A stretch of DNA of 62,267 nucleotides, filler included, from Sanchytrium tribonematis (lineage: Eukaryota), in the NCBI GenBank assembly GCA_018985235.1. It is 5 parts of 5 records of this genome, joined end to end, with 100 filler letters (N's around TTAATTAATTAA, not from the genome) between each part and the next. Parts side by side here need not be neighbours in the genome. Positions count along the whole stretch, not along the records: positions 49,946 to 62,267 come from JADGIG010000222.1; 4 more parts are not named here. One strand, written 5' to 3'. The notes beneath the pieces were generated by a model, which was given only the letters and a program-made list of their open reading frames with translations, searched no databases and was not told where the DNA came from. This document shows, piece by piece, positions 55,052 through 62,267 of this stretch (within the stretch, counting starts at the first letter, position 1; every line of letters starts with the position of its first letter). The position numbers and the translations under genes were made by a program.

Positions 55052-55319
55052 ATAATATTTGTAATTTAAAGAAATTAAAAATTGTAGATTTTGGGCTTAA
55101 AGTTAAATCATCGTTGACATGATGAGTCATAGTGACGTCTAACGGAATGAAATGAGAGCCAATCGGTGATTTAATTGACATCGGTGATTCTGTGACTCAG
55201 ATGCTTATCGAGTCGAGATAGGGCGCACATTTGCCATTTTAGATTGGATTCTGCCAATGAACACGCAAGATCGAAGCACGAAAACTTTGATAAAGACTAT
55301 CCATTCCATCGTGTAGAAC

Positions 55320-56108
55320 ATGGTAAACTCGCTGGTAATGTTGATATTCGGGATAGGGATATGGGGAAGTCAAATAGTTTTATTGGTGCAGGGCATTTCT
55401 TCGTTACATGCTGTAAAGCAAGCTAAGATGCCACTACTACTTGGATTAGTAAGTGGCTTTATTTACTCAACATTATTTACTGCTGTCAACTATCTAAATA
55501 TGGAAAATACGCTCTTGTTGACAGTCATTTCTGTTTCAACATATTTCATCAGTATCTCATGCTGCTCCTTCATATACGCACATTCAATAGCCGGTCTAAG
55601 TAATTGGAGATATGCATGGGTAATTAATAAGTTGCCATGGTTATTTATGCTAATATTAATACCATGTTTGGTGTTAAACTGTATTTTATTTGCTAGCACC
55701 GATAGAATCGCATTAGAGTTATATATGACTGTTCTACTTATTAATTGCTTTCTGTTTTTGACTGTGGGTGAGTTGTTCATGTACGGTGTGCTATTAATGG
55801 AAGTCTATCTCACTAAAAAGTCAAAGAAATTGAAAGCAGATTATTTAAATGAGTCTATAGTGGCTATTATCACATTGATGATCATTGCAATATTCGTCAT
55901 GATATCCCAGTATTGCCTAGTAGATCTGTTTGGCATCATATTGGGATTTAGTGCCATATTTAAGCTATCATTAATGATCACATTTTATGATGAATTAATC
56001 CATAAAATACATAAAGTCAATCAGTCTGATAGGAATGATAGCTATGATCAGTCATATAACCATCCACACGGCCACCAATTGAGAGATTTACTTGATTTGG
56101 AAGCATAA
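55320..56108 (+). CDS. Multi-pass (about 7 TM) membrane protein, tandem paralog
   Basis: Same topology and motifs as 54245-55051. Confidence 0.7.
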   Translation: MVNSLVMLIFGIGIWGSQIVLLVQGISSLHAVKQAKMPLLLGLVSGFIYSTLFTAVNYLNMENTLLLTVISVSTYFISISCCSFIYAHSIAGLSNWRYAWVINKLPWLFMLILIPCLVLNCILFASTDRIALELYMTVLLINCFLFLTVGELFMYGVLLMEVYLTKKSKKLKADYLNESIVAIITLMIIAIFVMISQYCLVDLFGIILGFSAIFKLSLMITFYDELIHKIHKVNQSDRNDSYDQSYNHPHGHQLRDLLDLEA

Positions 56109-56146
56109 AAATAAAATTACTTCTCCCTGCGACAGATATTTTGAAA

Positions 56147-56392
56147 ATGATTCCACCAAATATCGCGCACACCAAGAACCATTTCACTCCCAAATCAACC
56201 AATTTAGGAGATCTTATCAGATTATACAAAGCATTACCAACGAAAAGAGCAGTTCAATTAAAAACTCCTTTTCAACATTATAAAGGTAAATTTGGAACCT
56301 CAGCACACTGGCAAATCTTGCTATCTGCTGGTTTAATTGGATACTCTATGAATTATTGGTTCAAATTAAGACATGGTCCTTCACATCACTAA
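56147..56392 (+). CDS. ATP17: Mitochondrial ATP synthase subunit f (fungal type)
   Basis: IPPNIA..LYKALP..YKGKF..LIGYSMNYWFKLRH pattern. Confidence 0.75.
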   Translation: MIPPNIAHTKNHFTPKSTNLGDLIRLYKALPTKRAVQLKTPFQHYKGKFGTSAHWQILLSAGLIGYSMNYWFKLRHGPSHH

Positions 56393-56701
56393 ATAAATGA
56401 GATGATTGGTCAAAGCACGTGTTTTTGTATTTTCAAAGTTGTCCCCTTTATTTCAATATCATAGCACACTTTGTTGCAAAGCGTTCTTTGTAACCATTTA
56501 ACTATGAGAGATTTAACATGGTTTATCAAATAGAATTGTTTTATTTTATATAAACGGCCATGGTAGATTCAATAACAATTTTACTCGCCATTTAGATCAG
56601 TTTTGGAAAATTAAACGTATTCTTTGCTAATAATAAATATTCGTACTCCCCAGATAGGAATTTTTAACCAACTTTTTTGATTTTTTGCAACTAAAACGGA
56701 G

Positions 56702-57154
56702 ATGTTGCAGCAAAGCGTCGTTGCCATTTCTGCTTCTTTAATCACAATATTCGCAATGAACTTCTTTAAGAGATCAGCAAGAATATTTAAAGATGTCGGT
56801 GGAGACATGAAAATGGTGCTAATTGCTAGGACGGATTTAAAAATGACAAAAGGAAAAATTGCTGCTCAATGCTGTCACGCGTGTCTTGAAGCTTATGAAT
56901 CATCATGTAGTAAATATCCTAAACTGGTAAATGCGTGGAAATCAGAAGGGCAAGCGAAAGTTGCTTTGAAATGCGAGTCGCAGCAGGAATTAATGGAATT
57001 GTATAATACTGCTAGAAGGAATGGACTAGTTGCAGAATATATTAGAGACGCTGGAAGAACACAAATAATGGCTGGTAGTGTGACTGTATTGGCTATCGGA
57101 CCCGCACCTGTGGAGGAAATCGATAAAATCACTGGACACTTAAAGTTGCTATGA
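56702..57154 (+). CDS. PTH2: Peptidyl-tRNA hydrolase 2
   Basis: KMVLIARTDLKMTKGKIAAQCCHA..GQAKVALK..IRDAGRTQI..TGHLKLL. Confidence 0.95.
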   Translation: MLQQSVVAISASLITIFAMNFFKRSARIFKDVGGDMKMVLIARTDLKMTKGKIAAQCCHACLEAYESSCSKYPKLVNAWKSEGQAKVALKCESQQELMELYNTARRNGLVAEYIRDAGRTQIMAGSVTVLAIGPAPVEEIDKITGHLKLL

Positions 57155-57166
57155 TGTGAAATAAAT

Positions 57167-57559
57167 TTACTTTCCGCGAACCCATTTTTTGAATCTGTAA
57201 TATCTTTCAATACTGACGACAGCCAGAATAATATTAATTCCGAGTGCTAATCCAAAAATGACATTCATTCGTTGATTTATACCGACTAGATCCAGTTTAG
57301 TGGCCAAATTAGTAAGAGACATGGCCCATAGCAGGCCTAAGAACCCAATATTGAGAAATGTAAAGATCAAATACGTGTAGAAACAAAATATGGTGTATTT
57401 TGGAGACTTCTTCACTAAATTTGAGATGCCTAACAAACAGCCAAATAATCCAAATATACAGCTATACAGCTGCAGATACATACATATAGCATAAAACAAG
57501 ATCACAATAGTAAATAAAAAACATAATACGAGTCTAGGAGAGAGACATTTCATTTTCAA
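57167..57559 (-). CDS. Small four-TM membrane protein
   Basis: Four hydrophobic segments; the ORF fills the gap between neighbouring genes. Confidence 0.55.
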   Translation of the reverse strand: MKMKCLSPRLVLCFLFTIVILFYAICMYLQLYSCIFGLFGCLLGISNLVKKSPKYTIFCFYTYLIFTFLNIGFLGLLWAMSLTNLATKLDLVGINQRMNVIFGLALGINIILAVVSIERYYRFKKWVRGK

Positions 57560-57586
57560 GCCACTTTTTTAAAAAAACCAAATAAA

Positions 57587-58141
57587 TCAATCTTTATTTA
57601 GTTTATATGCTTGAGTGTGCTTAAATAATACAAGCTCATTTGATAAATAAGGAAGCCTTAGTACAACTTCTTCGAGATCGTGCTTAAAATTAGGTAAAAG
57701 TTGTTGAATCTGAAAATCCTGAAATCCTGCTTTAAAATAGCAATATACGAGGTTCTCATAAACGTGATTAATATTAATAATGACAGGTAGTCCCAATGGA
57801 TTATAATTTATGGATTTGCAGTGTCTAAATGAGCGTAGACACTTGCCATAATATGAAAGTGAATTTTTGTAATCCTTCAATTTTTGGTACATTAAGGCAT
57901 AAAAGTAGTACCCTATAGTCAGATATGGATCCATTTTAAGGCATGATTGGAAATAGTGATGTGCCATTTCGTAATTACCTAATCGGAAGAACAAAATTCC
58001 GATATTAAAACAAACCTTCGAATTTAATTTCATGTTCATGTACGACTCAATCGCCATTTCGTATTCTTTTTCTTGGATATATTTTCTCGCTTCATGGGTT
58101 AGAAATGCGCAATTGGATATACGATTAGAAATTCGCTTCAT
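57587..58141 (-). CDS. NoxR/p67phox-like TPR protein, paralog 2
   Basis: NSKVCFNIG..MDPYLTIGYY..INYNPLGL mirrors the NoxR/NCF2 N-terminal TPR domain. Confidence 0.65.
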   Translation of the reverse strand: MKRISNRISNCAFLTHEARKYIQEKEYEMAIESYMNMKLNSKVCFNIGILFFRLGNYEMAHHYFQSCLKMDPYLTIGYYFYALMYQKLKDYKNSLSYYGKCLRSFRHCKSINYNPLGLPVIININHVYENLVYCYFKAGFQDFQIQQLLPNFKHDLEEVVLRLPYLSNELVLFKHTQAYKLNKD

Positions 58142-58198
58142 TGAATGTGCCACAAACCCGAAAGGAGAAAAGCAAGATCACGTTGATTTTAAACCGGC

Positions 58199-58227
58199 CA
58201 GCGTGATGGCCGGCGGCCATCACGCTG
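58199..58227. repeat. GC-rich perfect palindrome (14-bp arms, 1-nt spacer)
   Basis: CAGCGTGATGGCCG-G-CGGCCATCACGCTG. Confidence 0.95.
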
Positions 58228-58276
58228 TTTGTAAGACAGAGGGGACAAATAGATCAGTAATAGATTAAAATTTCCT

Positions 58277-58972
58277 TTATTGCGCATATGCATCTTTCTG
58301 TTTGACATTGAATAATTTGTGAAAATGGGTCGATTTGTTTTTAGCAATAATTTTGGAGCCAAAATGACCCATGTACATATGAGTATGGTATGGTTTGCTT
58401 CTCTTGCCCTGGAATAACAATAGTTCATTAAAATATACTGGCTTAATGAGCATAATTGATTTAAAATCCTTTGGCAAATTTGGATCCAATTGTTTTGCTT
58501 CCTTTAACAAATCACACGCATTGCCATAGTTCTCCAACTTATACTGACATATGGACATGTTCAATAGTACGTCTTTTTTATAAAGTGAAGCATACAATGC
58601 AATTTGTTCATATTCAATCACCGAATGTTGTCTCATAGATTTCAATGCTTTTTGGTAATAAAAAGTAGCATCCCCATATTCCATCAATTGCTGATGAATC
58701 ACTGCAAGCATATAATACGCAATACTAAGCCATTCATCCAAAGAAACGGCCTTTTTAAAGTATAACTTTGAAATTTCCAAATCTCCCATTTTCTTATACA
58801 GAGACCCAATATTGAAATAGACACGACTGTTCATCTTCATTTGCAAATGCACTTGAATCGCTTGCTCATATTGATGATCCAAAATGTACTCTTTTGCTTT
58901 GAATTTCAACATGGCTGCTAATTCGATTTGCTTTTTAATACTTTCAATTTCAATCATTGAAATGTGCCTCAT
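58277..58972 (-). CDS. NoxR/p67phox-like TPR protein, paralog 1
   Basis: NSRVYFNIG..AVSLDEWLSIAYY..MRQHSVIEYEQIAL..LY..DVLLN, plus an activation-domain-like tail. Confidence 0.72.
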   Translation of the reverse strand: MRHISMIEIESIKKQIELAAMLKFKAKEYILDHQYEQAIQVHLQMKMNSRVYFNIGSLYKKMGDLEISKLYFKKAVSLDEWLSIAYYMLAVIHQQLMEYGDATFYYQKALKSMRQHSVIEYEQIALYASLYKKDVLLNMSICQYKLENYGNACDLLKEAKQLDPNLPKDFKSIMLIKPVYFNELLLFQGKRSKPYHTHMYMGHFGSKIIAKNKSTHFHKLFNVKQKDAYAQ

Positions 58973-59327
58973 ATGTCCAATATATATAATTGTTTAGTAA
59001 ATGAGTTCATTTACACTGCCTAATGAGGTCTAATCACGTGAAATGAGATGGCACAATTTCTGTTCTAATTGGTCGAGTAAAATGAGCCATATATGACACT
59101 CAAGGCATTGCGCATCTGATTACTGTATCATATTATTCTCATTTTCGAATACGCATTACTCACTTATACACAGATACTCAACTTTAAAATCGTTTTGGCG
59201 AATTTGCCATTGAAACAATGTCATGTCCTGAGTGTTGCCATTGTGTTTTCAATGATGCCATTTTTGCCGACCCATCTGGTCTATTTCCATTACTCCATGA
59301 CTCACAACCAATTAGTCCTTTTTAAAT

Positions 59328-60447
59328 GTGGATCCACAAATCTTCAAACATCTCAAAATGAATCACATTGAGTCAAATCAAATGTTATTGCTAATAATGT
59401 ATTTGTTATACGTTATTGTTGGATTAATTTTAGTTCTGATAAATAGAAACACGCAAATTATGCGAATTCGGTGCACAAATTTAATTTTATTGGAATCTGC
59501 TGCTTTTTCGCTTATTGGGCTTTTCATTTGTTTGATGAAATTTACAAATATAAGCAAGACCGTTCCATGTGATATATATCAACTGTTCTTCCCTGTGATC
59601 ATTAGTTTGTCTCTATCATTGCAATTTATAAGAACATGTCGTATTTATGTGTATTTAATGAAATCTCAAGTTGAGACTCATGCGGGTATATTGTTACGTA
59701 TTTGTGGATTATTTTGGAACAAGAGAGATGTTTCGAGATTGAAGTATCTCGTTCTTTTTGTTTTAAGTTCCTCAATTTGCAGTATTTTGGATTACGTTAT
59801 TGTCAAATATATTGAAAAAGAACCATGGTCCTTTCGATCCACTTTGTTAAAAGAAAATTGTGTATTTACAAGTATAAATTAGCTTTCAAATAGTCCATTT
59901 AGGATACATTTTAGTGTTTTTGTCATTTTCAATCCAATTTATTCGATATTCCATATTTGATGAAAACTATTTGAGTGTACAAGTCATTTGTTTGTCTTTT
60001 ACATTATTAATGGCTCCATTTGCTTCTATTGTCATTCCTGGGGAAATAATTGGGAATTTTATTTTTCTAGAATGTTTTATAGCGCTATTTTATGCTTTGT
60101 ATTTTCCATTAATCATGTCTCTCAAGGACAAACATATTAAAAAACCAGATATTACATTTGATAATGTCATTTTTAATACGCGATTGTTTGAAATTGCAAA
60201 ACAACTTCATGGAGAAGAAAATATGATATTTTTGCAAGCTATTGAGAGATACAAGTCAAACATAGTAACAATGGATTACTTGATAACCATGTTCATGAAG
60301 CCAACCAGTCCATTTGAACTAAATATTAGCCACGACTTGAGAAATGGGATTTTAAATTCGAATGGAAATCAACAATTGGCATATTTGGATCGAATTTGTA
60401 ATGAAATTAAGTTGCTGGTTGATTTAAATATCATGCCGTATATGTGA
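59328..60447 (+). CDS. 7TM-RGS protein (two ORFs; candidate 22-nt intron at 59872-59893)
   Basis: Multi-TM region followed by RGS motifs HGEENMIFL and SPFELNISH. Confidence 0.75.
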
Positions 60448-60765
60448 ATATCAATAAATTATAGTGTTTGTTGTCAATTATTTAATTTTAAGATTGTGAA
60501 AACCCAAAAAATCTCGGAAACATGGGATTCAATATTAAATAATTGCAATGTTGATATAAAATCACCACTAATAAATGAAATGAGAATAGTTTCAATCAAT
60601 TTTTGCACTAAATGTTGCATTCGATGGAACTTAGGGAAACAAAATTTAATAATAGAGAATAGAGAATTTTCTTAAAATTTTTCCTACATTTTCCCCCATG
60701 AATTACCTTTGAGGAATCTATCTGAGTGAAATTGATTTCTATGTCCCACACAATTCCTTCAATTA

Positions 60766-60795
60766 TCTGAAATGGTCTGAAATAGTCTGAAAATA
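60766..60795 (+). repeat. 10-bp tandem repeat x3 (TCTGAAATRG)
   Basis: TCTGAAATGG TCTGAAATAG TCTGAAATAG, upstream of the App1-like gene. Confidence 0.85.
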
Positions 60796-60844
60796 GACCC
60801 AATTTGTCTGTTTAAATCACATTTGGCACAAACGCCATTACAAA

Positions 60845-62035
60845 ATGCTTTTGATCTGCCTCATGGCATCAATTCCAGTGAGTGAAGCCAAAATCAGCAT
60901 ACGAAAAGCAGCCAAAACTACTTATGGCGATAATCTAAATGGTCCTTTACTAATACCACACGATGGATTTTATACACCTACGTCCATCATAGTTCATGGT
61001 AGAAATGTCGAACTAGCCAAAAATAATAGACGGCTAAGTTTTGCCACTATAATAGGACCAGTATTTCCCAAAACTAAAGAATATACCGAGAGAATTGGAT
61101 TATTTGGAATTAAAGGAGTTTCAGGTCCAGTTCGTTTAAATGAACAACACACCATAATTACAGATAATTTAGGTGCTTTCACATATCATTTTAAATCAGA
61201 TGAAAATTTAGATAAAGGTGAACATTTCCCAAAAGACTCCAATATCATTAAAAATCCTAATTCAGAAAGTTCTGATGTAGTTTCTGATGTAGTTTCTGAT
61301 GCAACAGAGAATCCCAAGCCTAATGAAAATCCAAACGAAAATGTTGATACTCAATCTGATCCCCCTCGTCCATTTGAAATACCAAAGAAATTCACTATTT
61401 ACGAATTTAAAAAGACGAAACTTGTGATTAGCGATGTAGATGACACATTAAAGGAATCGCACACAAGTAATGGCTTAACTGCTGTGAAATATATTTTCAC
61501 ACAGCCTACAGTCGCATTTGAGACTATGAAGCAAAAACTGGCTGGAATGAAAAACGATAATGATTTTGTGTATTTATCAGCCAGTTTTAGTCAAACATAC
61601 CCATTTATTAAGAAATTTCTAGTTGAAAATTACCCACAAGGTCCATTATTTCTTAGAACATTCTCAATATTCCAAAAGAAAGCCATTGCCGATTATAAAT
61701 TCAACAATATCATTAAAATAATTGATTTGACACCAAAACACGATGAAGTGACACTCATTGGGGATTCTACGCAAGTGGATGCAGAAGCGTATGGAAGAGT
61801 TTATGCTGCAATGAAGAATAAGGTCGGGAATAAGAAAACTATCAAAATAATCATGCACGTTGTTAAAGAGAAACAGAAAAAGAAAGTTGAAAAGAAATTG
61901 AGAAAATTAATGGGTGATGAAGCATTTGAATCAAATGTCGAATTCATTGACAAGACAACTAGTGGGGAACAAAAAACCAATTTTTGGCGGAAATTAATAT
62001 CCCGGATATATTCTTCTATAGGTTTAATGATATGA
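60845..62035 (+). CDS. App1-family phosphatidate phosphatase (HAD)
   Basis: VISDVDDTLK, FVYLSAS, YPQGPLFLR and LIGDSTQVDAEAYG motifs. Confidence 0.85.
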   Translation: MLLICLMASIPVSEAKISIRKAAKTTYGDNLNGPLLIPHDGFYTPTSIIVHGRNVELAKNNRRLSFATIIGPVFPKTKEYTERIGLFGIKGVSGPVRLNEQHTIITDNLGAFTYHFKSDENLDKGEHFPKDSNIIKNPNSESSDVVSDVVSDATENPKPNENPNENVDTQSDPPRPFEIPKKFTIYEFKKTKLVISDVDDTLKESHTSNGLTAVKYIFTQPTVAFETMKQKLAGMKNDNDFVYLSASFSQTYPFIKKFLVENYPQGPLFLRTFSIFQKKAIADYKFNNIIKIIDLTPKHDEVTLIGDSTQVDAEAYGRVYAAMKNKVGNKKTIKIIMHVVKEKQKKKVEKKLRKLMGDEAFESNVEFIDKTTSGEQKTNFWRKLISRIYSSIGLMI

Positions 62036-62084
62036 TTAAATCTCCTAGCCTGCTGCGAAAATCCTTATCCTTGAAACAATAAAA

Positions 62085-62267
62085 ATGAATCAAAAATTGC
62101 CTGAAGATATTTTAAAATTGATTTTTACCAATGAATTCTTTCCACAACAATTGACTAGATTGTTTACAGTGTGTCAATCATGGTCAAAAATAGCCATTCA
62201 AATTTATTACTCTAAATTAATTATTCATGAAAATGATGAATTTATTGGGATTTTGAGACATTTGAAT
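62085..62267 (+). CDS. F-box-like protein N-terminus (truncated), copy 2
   Basis: MNQKLPEDILKLIFTNEFFPQQLTRLFTVCQSWSKIA. Near-identical inverted copy of 49946-50109. Confidence 0.75.
   Translation, partial: MNQKLPEDILKLIFTNEFFPQQLTRLFTVCQSWSKIAIQIYYSKLIIHENDEFIGILRHLN

Noticed and set aside
61270..61301. 12-bp tandem repeat TTCTGATGTAGT in the App1-like gene
   Set aside because: An in-frame low-complexity linker (SDVV repeats); unremarkable.

Overview
This is AT-rich eukaryotic DNA. It is not one locus: five unrelated contigs of about 12.3-12.4 kb (1-12432, 12533-24920, 25021-37385, 37486-49845, 49946-62267) are joined by artificial N44-TTAATTAATTAA-N44 linkers. The host genes (Atp17-like, CPA2, Atg27-like, App1, NoxR-like, Rpl43, Ctf4, an EML/HELP WD40 protein, 7TM-RGS) point to an early-diverging fungus with a very compact genome, where genes are often only 5-60 nt apart. 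Gene-dense blocks alternate with transposon graveyards containing pogo, Tc1, PIF/Harbinger, hAT, Helitron, Ty3/Gypsy and two kinds of Crypton tyrosine-recombinase element. Main observations: (1) three independent 19-nt GT-AG introns share the consensus GTAYTT-N4-TTMAYTYAG, and each restores a conserved protein motif, suggesting an ultrashort spliceosomal intron system in a fungus; (2) a ~2.25-kb Crypton-like unit pairs an intact tyrosine recombinase tail-to-tail with a poxvirus-A22/Ydc2-type RuvC Holliday-junction resolvase, between short inverted repeats; (3) CryptonS-like elements are present, one bounded by CCATAGTT direct repeats; (4) a Gypsy element has a candidate 104-bp LTR. All family assignments come from motif recognition by eye; no database searches were run.
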